Notes: a model not told the origin generated them from the sequence alone. 24,288 bases of DNA from a virus (IMGVR_UViG_3300020129_000077:1-24288), one strand, 5' to 3'; shown: positions 8,351 through 17,573, counted from the stretch's first letter. A program made the numbers and translations.

Positions 8351-8741
8351 CTGCGGCGGCGAACGCGCGCACGGTCGTATCGTGCTCTTGAATGGCGCGC
8401 TGGACCTCCATGTACGAGTCGGCGTCGATCATGTCGAGCGTTGCCCGGACGACCGCCGGCGGCTGATCGCGAATGACGAGCGGGCGGCCGTTGAAGTCCG
8501 TGAACGTCCAATCGACCAGGTACGCGAGCACGGTCGCGACCCCGCTTTCGGTCGGGTCGATTTCAAAGGCCAGGTCTTTTCCCGACGCCGCGCTCGTCGC
8601 GTCGAGGCGCACGGGTTTGGTCGCGGCGCGAATGAGTTCGCGGAATTCGCCCGCAGTCAGAAACCGCTTGACGGTGATCGTGTCGCCCTGCGAAATCGGG
8701 AGGACGTCAAGTTCAGGCCGACGAACGCGTGATGATCCCAT
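8292..8741 (-). CDS. Tail assembly chaperone (gpG-like)
   Basis: Between tube region and TMP; LVDWTFTDFNG motif; slippery run near 3' end. Confidence 0.8.
   Translation of the reverse strand: MGSSRVRRPELDVLPISQGDTITVKRFLTAGEFRELIRAATKPVRLDATSAASGKDLAFEIDPTESGVATVLAYLVDWTFTDFNGRPLVIRDQPPAVVRATLDMIDADSYMEVQRAIQEHDTTVRAFAAAEKKMTSGEMPPERTLQSVG
8342..8350 (-). promoter_or_regulatory. Programmed -1 frameshift slippery site (GAA AAA AAA ATG)
   Basis: A9 run in a GC-rich genome at the conserved G/GT position. Confidence 0.75.
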
Positions 8742-9018
8742 TGTGCCCTTCGGTCGTCAGTGGCCCGAGCCGGGCCGAAAAGTACCCGTCCAACAGCGTG
8801 AGCGACTCGATTTCCCATCGCCACGCGCCGCCCTTGAACGGCGCCACGAAGAAGAGCGGCCGCTGCCCGAGTTTGAAGGCGTCGACCGCGCCCGGCACGA
8901 GCGCGCCCGTCGCCGTCCAATGCTTCTGCGCGTCGCGCGTGATCGTGTAGCCCTCGACCGCCGCCGCGTTGTAGTACGACCACTTGATCGCGGCGACGCG
9001 CCCGCGGATCGTCTGCAT
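8713..9018 (-). CDS. Hypothetical tail-region protein, 101 aa, beta-rich
   Basis: Fills the gap between tube and chaperone; normal composition, unlike overlapping shadow ORFs. Confidence 0.7.
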   Translation of the reverse strand: MQTIRGRVAAIKWSYYNAAAVEGYTITRDAQKHWTATGALVPGAVDAFKLGQRPLFFVAPFKGGAWRWEIESLTLLDGYFSARLGPLTTEGHNGIITRSSA

Positions 9019-9027
9019 CGCGCGGGA

Positions 9028-9429
9028 CTAGGGCGCCATCGTCCACGGACCGGCGCCCGCAAACGAGCCTTTGATCGAGATCGCCCCATCGTGCTTGACC
9101 TCGATCGCCGCGTCGATGTACGCCAGCCCGGTGAAGAAGTACGTCGGCGCGACCGACGACGGGATCAGCTTCAGCATCGCGGCCACCTCGCCCAGCGCCT
9201 GGTCGAAGAGGACTTGGCTCACCGTCTCATCCCAGATGCCGGTGATGTCGCCCTTGATGTCGGGCAAGCCCTGGACGTATTGCTTGTTCGTATCGCCGAA
9301 GCACGTCGCGTCGGCGCGGTCGCGTTTCAGGTCGAGCGTCCAGGAATTGAGCGCGGCCACGATCACCGTCGCCGAGCCGCCGGCCGGGTCCATCATCACT
9401 TCGCCCTTGCTACCATGTCGTCGTGCCAT
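9028..9429 (-). CDS. Major tail tube protein (minimal, 133 aa)
   Basis: SWTLDLKRDRADATCFGD...YVQGLPDIKGDITGIWD...FTGLAYI pattern; follows tail terminator. Confidence 0.82.
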   Translation of the reverse strand: MARRHGSKGEVMMDPAGGSATVIVAALNSWTLDLKRDRADATCFGDTNKQYVQGLPDIKGDITGIWDETVSQVLFDQALGEVAAMLKLIPSSVAPTYFFTGLAYIDAAIEVKHDGAISIKGSFAGAGPWTMAP

Positions 9430-9438
9430 TGCTCCCCC

Positions 9439-9861
9439 TTAGATCGGCGTGACGGTGATCTCGTACCGCGCGCCTCGATGCTGCCAGACGTCATTCGCGA
9501 TCGTTTCCGTGTATCGGATGCGGTCGACCCAGCGCGCGACCATCAGCTCCGCGCCGGCGGCCGGCGGCAGGTCGAGCGGCTGGCGGTCGACGAGTTCCTG
9601 GATGCGTTTGTCGGCGTCCGCGACCGTGGTCGACGCACTGCCCAGGACGACCGCTTTGATGACGTAGATCAACGCGCGAAACGTCTCGCCATCGTTGATC
9701 TCGTCCAGGCCGCGACTCGTCGACAGACTCACGATCGCGAATCGCGTCGACCCGATCGGCGCGATGTCGTAATACACGCCATCGGTCAGCAGCGCGGCGA
9801 GCGTCGCGTCGGCCGCGAGTTTCCCAATTAAGGCGCGCTCGACTTCGGTCGCGTCAATCAC
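9439..9861 (-). CDS. Tail terminator / tail completion protein (DUF3168-like)
   Basis: LAADATLAALLTDGVYYDIAP N-terminus and HRGARYEI C-terminus; synteny. Confidence 0.8.
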   Translation of the reverse strand: MIDATEVERALIGKLAADATLAALLTDGVYYDIAPIGSTRFAIVSLSTSRGLDEINDGETFRALIYVIKAVVLGSASTTVADADKRIQELVDRQPLDLPPAAGAELMVARWVDRIRYTETIANDVWQHRGARYEITVTPI

Positions 9862-10240
9862 GCTTCACCCGGACGACCAGGCCTTCCGCCTCGACCATGT
9901 CCGCGACCGCGACGACGGCGTCTCGCCGTTCCCGTTCCGTAATCGGCAGAAAGGTCGCCCGCGGTCGCTGGTGCACGGTCCCGAATTCGTAAAGATGCGC
10001 GTGCGGCGACGACGTGACCAGCGTGTAGAGCGCCGCGACGCCGTGCGCTTGCCGTTCGATGACCTTCACGCCGGCCCGGAGATTGCCCGTGACCTCCGGG
10101 TACGCCGTCACGACTTGCTGCTCGGCGGTCTGCGCGTGCCGAAGCAGGATCGGTGCCGCGGCGCGTTTCGACGCCTCGGGCAGCGCGGCCAGCGCCGCCT
10201 TGAGTTCGTCGAATCCGCGGAGTTCCATTCTCACGGGCAT
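9854..10240 (-). CDS. HK97 gp10-like neck protein
   Basis: GFDELKAAL, PEVTGNLRAG, HLYEFGT, RATFLP motifs. Confidence 0.82.
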   Translation of the reverse strand: MPVRMELRGFDELKAALAALPEASKRAAAPILLRHAQTAEQQVVTAYPEVTGNLRAGVKVIERQAHGVAALYTLVTSSPHAHLYEFGTVHQRPRATFLPITERERRDAVVAVADMVEAEGLVVRVKRD

Positions 10241-10244
10241 CGGT

Positions 10245-10571
10245 CTACACCGTTTCCACGGCGAACAGCCAGAGTTCGAGTTTGCGTTCCTGGGGGGTCG
10301 CGACCCCCATGATGCGAAACGTCCGGCCGTCGAACACCATGCGCGCGTCGACAGTCACGTCGGGCCGATAGCGGCCGCGGATGATATGCGTCGCCGTCGC
10401 GATCGTCGTCGCCCCCGCTTGCCGTTCCAGGTCGCGCACCGTGGCCGGTTGAATCGCGACATGCCAGGGCGGATCGAGATTCGCCCAGGTTTCGACGACG
10501 CCGCCGTCTCCGTCCGGCACCGTGGTCGGGGTCTGAAATTGCACGACGTGCCGATAGTCGCCGATCGCCAT
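10245..10571 (-). CDS. Head closure / head-tail adaptor (SPP1 gp16-like)
   Basis: IGDYRHVVQFQ...DGDGG...W, THIIRGRYRPDV, RMVFDGRTFRI; ATG 10571 just after upstream stop. Confidence 0.85.
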   Translation of the reverse strand: MAIGDYRHVVQFQTPTTVPDGDGGVVETWANLDPPWHVAIQPATVRDLERQAGATTIATATHIIRGRYRPDVTVDARMVFDGRTFRIMGVATPQERKLELWLFAVETV

Positions 10572-10572
10572 G

Positions 10573-10893
10573 TCACGCGATGGCCGGATCGGTCGAGCGT
10601 CGACACAGCACGCCGATCGCGTCCCAGATGCTCGCATCGTTGACGTCGCCGCGATGCTCGTACAGATTCCCGAGCAGGAGCAGCACCGATTGCGCGATGA
10701 ACGGCGGAACCGTGGTCTCCGTCCAGGTCGGGTCGTTCCGATCTTTCAGGTAGTCGCGGATCGCCGCGCTCGCCGCCGAAATTTTCTGCTGGATGTCGTC
10801 GTCGTGCAGGGCATCGCTCACGTTGAGATGCGCCTTCGCCCGCGCGAGCGTGACCAGGTCGGGGTCGGTCGGGGACCAGTACGCGCCGCTCAT
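10573..10893 (-). CDS. Head-tail connector (HK97 gp6-like)
   Basis: LVTLARAKAHLNV...DDDI...AIRDYL...VLLLLGNLYEHR. Confidence 0.88.
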   Translation of the reverse strand: MSGAYWSPTDPDLVTLARAKAHLNVSDALHDDDIQQKISAASAAIRDYLKDRNDPTWTETTVPPFIAQSVLLLLGNLYEHRGDVNDASIWDAIGVLCRRSTDPAIA

Positions 10894-11390
10894 CGGCCCC
10901 TCGTGTCGTCATAGACCTGCTGCCAGTCGCGGCCGGCGGGTCCCGCGGGACCGGGCGCGCCGTCTTTCCCATCGCGCCCGCGTTTGACCATCAGCGTCCA
11001 GGCCTTCGACCCCTCGCCCGGTTTCGTCGTCGTCGTGCTGTTGCAGTGCCAGCTGGACCCGGCCCAGGTCACCAGGTGGCCGCGGTCGTAGATCTGGCCG
11101 TCGACGAACACGCCGCGGAACACGAGGCCGGGGGTCCCGTCGGCGCCCGGCGGGCCGGGCGCGCCGGGCGCGCCATCCTGGCCGGCGGGTCCCGGCATCG
11201 GCGGGCGCGTTTCGAGCACGGCCAGGCGTTCGCGCATGGCGCCCAGGTCGGTCACACCGGCGGCCAGCCCGCTGACGTGCGCGTCGAGCACCTGGACGCG
11301 CGTCGCAACGTCCCCCACGGCCGCGCGGACGGCGTCGCGCACCACCGGCGCGATGCCCTCGACGATGGCGGCGAGTTCGTCGGCGGTCAT
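10890..11390 (-). CDS. Coiled-coil plus collagen-like protein with small aromatic module (possible head/neck fibre)
   Basis: Two G-X-Y runs flank FRGVF...YDRGHLVTWAGSSWHC...KPGEGSKAWTL. Confidence 0.75.
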   Translation of the reverse strand: MTADELAAIVEGIAPVVRDAVRAAVGDVATRVQVLDAHVSGLAAGVTDLGAMRERLAVLETRPPMPGPAGQDGAPGAPGPPGADGTPGLVFRGVFVDGQIYDRGHLVTWAGSSWHCNSTTTTKPGEGSKAWTLMVKRGRDGKDGAPGPAGPAGRDWQQVYDDTRGR

Positions 11391-12802
11391 GCGGCCTCCA
11401 AGGCTTTGACGAGCAGCCGGCGCACGGTCGCGGCGACCTGGTCGGGCGGTACCTGGGCGCCCGCCGGCGGGCCGGGGGTCGCCATCGGCGCCGGGTCCGG
11501 CTTCGAGAAGGGATCGTTCTTGTCGCGTTGCGCCAGCGCGCGCAGCGAGAACATCTGCTGCTGCATGTACGGCGTGTCGCCGCCTTCGACCGGACCGAGG
11601 CCGAAGTACCGCTCGCGCGCCTCGTCGGGCGACATCGCGCCCGCCCCGATCGCATCGGCGGCGGCCTTCGTCTTGCTCGCCGTGTTCATCCAGATCAGAT
11701 CATCGATGTCGAACGCGGTCCCGTATTGCGTCCCGTTGATCGGCATCGTGAGGCCGAGGCCCTCGTCGAGCATGGCCTCGAAATTCGTGAGCAGCGATTG
11801 GATACATTGCGAGTGGTACATCTGCAACATGTCCTCAAGCTGGACGCCGCGCGGGATTTCGCCGATGCCGACCATAAACGGCGGCACGTGATAGGCGCTG
11901 CAGATATTTTCCCCGGTCCACTTCAGCTGTTCGATGAGTTGCGCGTCGGTCGCGTTCATCGTCAGCGACGTGTACTTGAGGTCGGCGGTCAGGACCGCGA
12001 GCCGGCCCGCATTCTCCGGGCTATTGATCGCTTCCCAGTCGGCTTTGACTTTGAGCAGTTGGTCCTTCGTCATGCCCGCCGGCGCCGTCAAGATCCCGCC
12101 CGGTCGGCTGCCGTTCGTGAAGAACGAGGTCGATCCGTTCTGAATCGCGAGGCCTTGCATCGCCGCCGAGGCGCACGCGTAGATCGGCGACATGCCGACG
12201 AGGGGATGGAACAGACAGACCATGCGATCGTGGATGATTTCGCTCGCCGGCACGGTGACCTTGTCGGTCTGCACCAGGTCGTTCAGGCCCGACAGATTGT
12301 CGTGCTGCAGCTCGTAGTAGACCGCGCCATCGGGGGCGACGAGCGGCAGGACCCGCAGCGGGTCGAGCACGTACAGCGCGACGACGACACCGCGCGCGTC
12401 GCGTTCCTTCAGGACGTACGTATTGCCCCAGAGCAATTTCGACGTGATCCACTGCTCGACGAATTTGACCGACGTCTGGTACCGGTTCGGTTTGCGGAGC
12501 ACCGGCGAGAATGCCGGTGAACTCGTCTCCTCCCACATGTCCTCGTCGGTTCTTTCGACGAGGCCGAGCGTCAGCTTGCCGATGTCCGCGGCGATCAACG
12601 TGACGCAGGAAAAGACGGGGGTATATTGCAGGACGAGATCGCGGCGGCTCTCGACGTTGACCTGCCACGCGCCGGGGTACGGTTCGCGGACGACGAGCGG
12701 ACCCCAGCCGCCGCGACTCGTGCCGGGACTGTACGGCGCCGTCAGTTGTTTGGCCGTGAGTTCGAGCGTCCGGCCGAACAACCGCAGACGGAGCGCCGCC
12801 AT
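11387..12802 (-). CDS. Portal protein, HK97 family
   Basis: VFSCVTLIAADIGKL, LRKPNRYQT, LLWGNTY, EIIHDR, GMSPI, FFTNGSRPGGIL, MSPDEAR; TGATG coupling gives start 12802. Confidence 0.93.
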   Translation of the reverse strand: MAALRLRLFGRTLELTAKQLTAPYSPGTSRGGWGPLVVREPYPGAWQVNVESRRDLVLQYTPVFSCVTLIAADIGKLTLGLVERTDEDMWEETSSPAFSPVLRKPNRYQTSVKFVEQWITSKLLWGNTYVLKERDARGVVVALYVLDPLRVLPLVAPDGAVYYELQHDNLSGLNDLVQTDKVTVPASEIIHDRMVCLFHPLVGMSPIYACASAAMQGLAIQNGSTSFFTNGSRPGGILTAPAGMTKDQLLKVKADWEAINSPENAGRLAVLTADLKYTSLTMNATDAQLIEQLKWTGENICSAYHVPPFMVGIGEIPRGVQLEDMLQMYHSQCIQSLLTNFEAMLDEGLGLTMPINGTQYGTAFDIDDLIWMNTASKTKAAADAIGAGAMSPDEARERYFGLGPVEGGDTPYMQQQMFSLRALAQRDKNDPFSKPDPAPMATPGPPAGAQVPPDQVAATVRRLLVKALEAA

Positions 12803-13245
12803 CAGCGCCACGCCGCCGGCGTGAACGTAAACGAGACGGACGCCGATTCCACGCCGCCGGCGCGCACGGCGACCGGCACGGTCGCGGGCGCGAGCCAGAC
12901 CGCCATATTGACGCCGGTCGTCACCTCGGTCGGGCTGACGACGGTCGTCGGCTCGTCGAAACCGTTCCAGACGATCACGCTGTCTGGCGTGAAGCCGGTC
13001 CCGAGCACGCGCACGGTGAAATTCGGCGCGCCGATCGGCACGGTCGCCGGGATCAGGCTCGTGACCATCGGCGCCGACCCACTCGGCGGCGCGTCGGTCC
13101 AGCCGGCGATCGAGACGAACCCGATCCCGCGCAGCGTTTCCGCCATCGCGCGATCGGTGACCGTGTACGCTTCGCCTTCCGCATGGGCGACACCGTCGAC
13201 CGTGTGGAACGTCCGCGCGACCATGTCAACAGATTCAGCGGCCAT
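12802..13245 (-). CDS. Putative capsid decoration protein with C-terminal IPT/TIG Ig-like domain
   Basis: PMVTSLIPATV...TVRVLGTGFTPDSVIVWNG...TTVVSPTEVT...SASVSFTF; ATG 13245 after AAGGGG. Confidence 0.75.
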   Translation of the reverse strand: MAAESVDMVARTFHTVDGVAHAEGEAYTVTDRAMAETLRGIGFVSIAGWTDAPPSGSAPMVTSLIPATVPIGAPNFTVRVLGTGFTPDSVIVWNGFDEPTTVVSPTEVTTGVNMAVWLAPATVPVAVRAGGVESASVSFTFTPAAWR

Positions 13246-13429
13246 GAGTCCGATCCCCTTTCGGGCGCGGCGAGCCGGCGCGCGGCGGCGCCGCCTCGGG
13301 GTCGCGCATCGCAAAGCCGGCGACCTCGAGCTGCTCGACGTGCTTGTCCTCGACCGCGATCGTGTCGCCCGCGCGCGGGTACTGGCCGTCCCAGTACCCG
13401 TCGCGCAGGACCTTCATTCGCACCAGCAT
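13235..13429 (-). CDS. Small head-region protein (64 aa)
   Basis: Immediately after capsid; AGDTIAV...EQLEVAGFA pattern plus basic tail. Confidence 0.7.
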   Translation of the reverse strand: MLVRMKVLRDGYWDGQYPRAGDTIAVEDKHVEQLEVAGFAMRDPEAAPPRAGSPRPKGDRTHGR

Positions 13430-13436
13430 TCCCGCC

Positions 13437-15338
13437 TCACGCGGTATACGTCGCGACCGTGTACTGGACGACGCCGGCGCGCGCCTTTTTCCAGTTGATG
13501 AACCGCTCGGCGCGCAGCCCGACGAGGTTGTTCTGCCAGAGCGACGTCAGGATGGTCGTCGCCAGCGCCGGATTGTCGGGCGCCGAATCCATCTGCACCG
13601 ACGCCTCGCGACTGACGTCGATCGTCACGCCGCCATCATCGGCGTAGAGGATCGCGGTCGGCTGCACGAGCGCGACCGTCGTGCCGGCCGCCTGCGAGGG
13701 GACCGCCTTGTACCCCATGATCGTCCCGCCGCCCTGCGCCATGCCAGGGAACAACGGCTGGCCGAGCGGATTGAGCGCGTTCGTCAACGCGAGCGCGTTC
13801 GTCTCCGACAGGATGAGCACGGCGCCGGCCGATGAGAGATTCGCCGCCGTCATCGCGTTCGCCATCGCCTGGATGTCGGTCCGCGCATTGGCCGGCGTCG
13901 GGCCGGCGGTCGTGATTGGCGTGACGCCATTCGTCACCGACCCCGGCGAGACCCCCGCGACCGCGGCCTTCGTCGGATCGATGAATTCGGCATCGAGGAA
14001 CGCGGCGATGCCGGCGATCATGTCGCGCCGAATGACTTCCTCGGCCGACGGTGTCGACGTGCGCGCGAGTTCCTCGGTGATGGTGATGATGCCGGCGCAC
14101 TTGAGGATCGACAGCGTGACCGTCCCGAATTGCAGCTTGCCGACCGGTTTCGGCGCGCCCTGGCCGACCCACTGGTACGTGCCGCCGCCGGTCTGCGAGG
14201 CGATCGACACGTTGAACGGCACCTTGAGGAAATTCTCGACCTTGCCGAGGATCGTCTGCGGGCGCAGCAACGCGAGGAATTCCTGCGTCAACGGCGTGAT
14301 GGGCGCCAGCGGTCCCGCCCAGGTCGCGTCGGTCGTCGTGCCCGCGGCGACCGCGGCCTTGAGAACGAGTTCGACGCGTGGCGTCGAATCGTGCCAGCGT
14401 TTCGCGTACTCGACCGCCTGCAACGTCGAGCCGCGCGACACCGCGAGCGCCTGCACGTACCGGATGAACTCGGTCCCCGGCAGGAGTGGACTGGTGACCG
14501 TCACCGAATGCGACCCGCCGCTGCGTTGCGTGCTCGCCTCGTCCGGCGTGCGGGCCGTGACCGGCGCCGCCTTGGTGACGTTGAGTTTTTCCAGGTCCTT
14601 CAGGTCGGCGACTTCGACGTTGATCGATTCGATCTCGCGCTTGAGCGTGTCGAATTCCTCGCGCTCCGCTTCGCTCTTCGTCCGGCCGTCGTCGCTGGCC
14701 TTCTGCTGGATCGCTTCGAGGCGCTCGCATTTCAGCGTGCGGGTCTGCTCGAAGTCGGCAATGCGTTCGCTGATCGTCTTTTTCTGAGTCATGGGACGCG
14801 CGCCCTTGTCGACGCGCACGATCGGAAGGGGTTCCCCATCGCGGGATGAGTGATGGCCAGGCGCGGCCAGGTCGAGCGACTTGATCGAGGAAATCGTCGC
14901 GCGCGCGTTCGCGGGAATCGCGACCAGCGACAGCTCGACGATTTCGGACTTGAGAAACCGCAGGCCGCCCGTGGCCTGATTGAATACGCGCTCCAGGTCG
15001 CGGAACCCGATCGACACGCCGGCGAGCAGGCCCGCGTTGATGCTTTGCCATGCCTCTTCGACACGGTCGCGCAGCGTGCCGGGCGCGTCGACCGTCGGCA
15101 GTTCGGCCGTGAACGCAAGCCCGTCGGCGGTCGGCGGCGCAAAGGTCACGAGGCCGACCGGTCGGCGAGCGTCGTGATAGAGCAGGAGCGGGAGGGGATT
15201 TTTGTACGTGATGCCGAGCGGTTCGACGATGTCGCCGCTACGGTCGACGTCCGGCGTCGACGCGATGCCGGCGATCGTGCGGCGCGCGACGTCGACCGTT
15301 TTGACCGTCAGGATCGCATAGGCCCGACTGAGCGGCAC
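13437..15338 (-). CDS. Fused prohead protease (HK97 family) - scaffold/delta domain - major capsid protein
   Basis: Protease motifs DRSGDIV, LLYHD, GVSIGF, ELSLVAIPAN; charged coiled coil; HK97-fold capsid (WVGQGAPKP, ITEEL, LWQNNLVGLRAER) in one frame. Confidence 0.92.
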   Translation of the reverse strand: MPLSRAYAILTVKTVDVARRTIAGIASTPDVDRSGDIVEPLGITYKNPLPLLLYHDARRPVGLVTFAPPTADGLAFTAELPTVDAPGTLRDRVEEAWQSINAGLLAGVSIGFRDLERVFNQATGGLRFLKSEIVELSLVAIPANARATISSIKSLDLAAPGHHSSRDGEPLPIVRVDKGARPMTQKKTISERIADFEQTRTLKCERLEAIQQKASDDGRTKSEAEREEFDTLKREIESINVEVADLKDLEKLNVTKAAPVTARTPDEASTQRSGGSHSVTVTSPLLPGTEFIRYVQALAVSRGSTLQAVEYAKRWHDSTPRVELVLKAAVAAGTTTDATWAGPLAPITPLTQEFLALLRPQTILGKVENFLKVPFNVSIASQTGGGTYQWVGQGAPKPVGKLQFGTVTLSILKCAGIITITEELARTSTPSAEEVIRRDMIAGIAAFLDAEFIDPTKAAVAGVSPGSVTNGVTPITTAGPTPANARTDIQAMANAMTAANLSSAGAVLILSETNALALTNALNPLGQPLFPGMAQGGGTIMGYKAVPSQAAGTTVALVQPTAILYADDGGVTIDVSREASVQMDSAPDNPALATTILTSLWQNNLVGLRAERFINWKKARAGVVQYTVATYTA

Positions 15339-15359
15339 GCGCGATACGGTAGAGCCGCG

Positions 15360-15572
15360 TCAGCGTTTTGTTCGCACAAAAGGCCGGCGCTCGTCGTAGT
15401 CGCCCACGAATTCGTTAATCGCTTCTCGGACGATGCCCGAGATCCCGGAGCCGTTGTCGATCGCGACGCGCTTGATGTCGAGCCGTTGCGCCGGCGTGAC
15501 GCGGACGGTGATCCGCGTCGTCGCGGGCACGTCATGCAACGGCGGCCGGCCGCCTGGACGTTTGGCCGTCAT
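15360..15572 (-). CDS. Ribbon-helix-helix (CopG/Arc-like) protein, 70 aa
   Basis: GGRPP then RITVRVTPAQRLDIKRVAIDNGSGISGIVREAINEFV; ATGA overlap with terL stop. Confidence 0.78.
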   Translation of the reverse strand: MTAKRPGGRPPLHDVPATTRITVRVTPAQRLDIKRVAIDNGSGISGIVREAINEFVGDYDERRPFVRTKR

Positions 15573-17104
15573 CCGAGCACGACCATCTCGTACGTGGGCG
15601 GCGGCGTGTGGCCGTGTCGTTCCATCGCGTCGATCGCCATGATGAGCGCATACCCGCCGTCGATGCGTTCCGTCGACTTCTCTTTGGACGGCTTGATGTT
15701 GCCCGCCGCATCCGATTCTACGCTCATGTTGGCCAGGTTCCATCGCAGCACGGGGTGGCCGTCGTGCCGCAGACGGCGCGCGAGGACCGCGTTCTCCAAT
15801 GATTTCGACGGCGCCGAGAGCGTCCCGAATCCTTGGCGCATCTTCACGCACACCAGCCCGTCGTGCTTTTCGAGGCGCGTGATCAGGTCGGTCGCGTTCC
15901 ACGGGTCGTACGCGACGACCTGCAGATCGAATTCCTCATCCCATGCGAGGAGCAGCGCGCGCACGAAGTCGTAGTCGACGACCGGCCCAGGCGTCGTCGT
16001 CAGGAACCCGTCGCGCGCCCACTGGTCATACGGCACACGGTCGCGCGCGACACGCTGCGCGATGCGGTCGGCCGGCACGAAGAACTGCGGCAGCACGTCG
16101 AACGCGTCGCCGTCGGGAAAGACCGCGACCGCGGCGGTCAGGTCCGTCGTACTCGATAGGTCCAGGCCGACGAAACAGCGCCGGCCGCGCAGCGCCGCCC
16201 GGTCGACCGGCGCGCGGCACGCATCCCAGGCGGCCATCGCGATCCAGCGGGCGGCCTGTTCCGTCCACTGATTCAAGTACAGCCGGCGGAACGCGTTCTC
16301 CTGGGCGGGAATTTCCCGCGCGCGCGCGCAGGCCGTCCGCATCTCGTCGAGCGATCGGAAATCACCCAGCGCCGGATTGGCGGCGTGCCACACGGCCTCG
16401 TCGGTCCAGTCGGCGTCGGGCGGCGCCTCGTAGATCACGGGCAGGAACGCGGGATCGAGCGCGGGATCGTCGGCGACGTGCTTCGCGTGCGCGTAGAGTT
16501 CAAAGAGGATCGAATGCCGATCGTACCCGGCGGTCGAAATCGCGACGACGAGCGGTTGCGCGCGGGCGCCGGTCGACGACGTCAGGACGTCCCACAGTTC
16601 ACGCGTCGGCGCCGCGTGGAGTTCGTCATAGATCACGCGCGACGCGTTGAAGCCGTGCTTGCTGTACGCCTCGGCGGAGATCGCGCGGTAGAAGGACCCG
16701 GTCGCCCGGTGCACGATGCGCTTCTGGCTGTCGATGATGTCGCAGGCGGCGGCGAGTTCCTCGTCGTACCGGATCATCTGCGCGGCGACGTTGAACACGA
16801 GCGCCGCCTGGTCGCGGTCGGCGGCGGCCGAGTAGATTTCGCCGCCGATTTCGCCATCGAGCAGCAGCCCATCGATCGCCAGGGCGGCGGCGAGTTCCGT
16901 CTTGCCGTTCTTCCTCGGCAACATGAGCAGGCACATCCGGTACTTGCGGAGGCCCGTCGCGCGGTCGACCGTGAACAACCGCTGCAGGATGCGCGTCTGC
17001 CACGGCCGCAAGTTGAACGTCTGGCCGGCAAACGGCCCCTTGGTGTGCTTCAGCTGATTCAGTTGGCGAATTTTCTCCGCGACGATGGTCGAGGGACGCG
17101 CCAT
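15569..17104 (-). CDS. terL: Terminase large subunit
   Basis: LRPWQ, Walker A PRKNGKT, Walker B VIYDELH, ISTAG, nuclease GLDLSSTTD, RIDG. Confidence 0.96.
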   Translation of the reverse strand: MARPSTIVAEKIRQLNQLKHTKGPFAGQTFNLRPWQTRILQRLFTVDRATGLRKYRMCLLMLPRKNGKTELAAALAIDGLLLDGEIGGEIYSAAADRDQAALVFNVAAQMIRYDEELAAACDIIDSQKRIVHRATGSFYRAISAEAYSKHGFNASRVIYDELHAAPTRELWDVLTSSTGARAQPLVVAISTAGYDRHSILFELYAHAKHVADDPALDPAFLPVIYEAPPDADWTDEAVWHAANPALGDFRSLDEMRTACARAREIPAQENAFRRLYLNQWTEQAARWIAMAAWDACRAPVDRAALRGRRCFVGLDLSSTTDLTAAVAVFPDGDAFDVLPQFFVPADRIAQRVARDRVPYDQWARDGFLTTTPGPVVDYDFVRALLLAWDEEFDLQVVAYDPWNATDLITRLEKHDGLVCVKMRQGFGTLSAPSKSLENAVLARRLRHDGHPVLRWNLANMSVESDAAGNIKPSKEKSTERIDGGYALIMAIDAMERHGHTPPPTYEMVVLG

Positions 17105-17108
17105 TGAA

Positions 17109-17573
17109 CTACTTCAAGAGGCTCGCCCACTTCGACGCCGGCGCGTCGACGTGCGGCTCGGTGACGTGCACCCGCGCGCGCGCGCTCGGCGTGATGCCGA
17201 GTTCGGCCGCCGTTTTGAGGAGCAACGCAAAGACTTTGTTGGCCATCCCGAGCGCGGGATTGGGAATCGGATACCCGGAGGGCGATCGCACGATGAACGG
17301 ATGCGCGGCGGCCTCGCGTTCGAGCGCGAGCCACTGCGCGTACTTCACGCAATAGCCCGTGAGGACGGTGCGGTCGACCGTCGTGACTTGCCCGCGCTCG
17401 ATGAGCAGGCCCGCGACGCGCACCCATTCGGCCTGCGCGACCGGGTCGACGACGTCGGGCGGCACGGCCGCATCGAGCGGCGCGTGCTTTGGCTCGTCGT
17501 GATTGAGCGCACGCTTCCCCGGATTGCCGCGCAGCAGTTTGAGCGCCGTCGGGGTCGGTTTGCGGCCTCTCAT
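17109..17573 (-). CDS. terS: Terminase small subunit, P27 family
   Basis: GRKPTPTALKLLRGNPGKR, NPAL, ELGITPSARAR. Confidence 0.93.
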   Translation of the reverse strand: MRGRKPTPTALKLLRGNPGKRALNHDEPKHAPLDAAVPPDVVDPVAQAEWVRVAGLLIERGQVTTVDRTVLTGYCVKYAQWLALEREAAAHPFIVRSPSGYPIPNPALGMANKVFALLLKTAAELGITPSARARVHVTEPHVDAPASKWASLLK

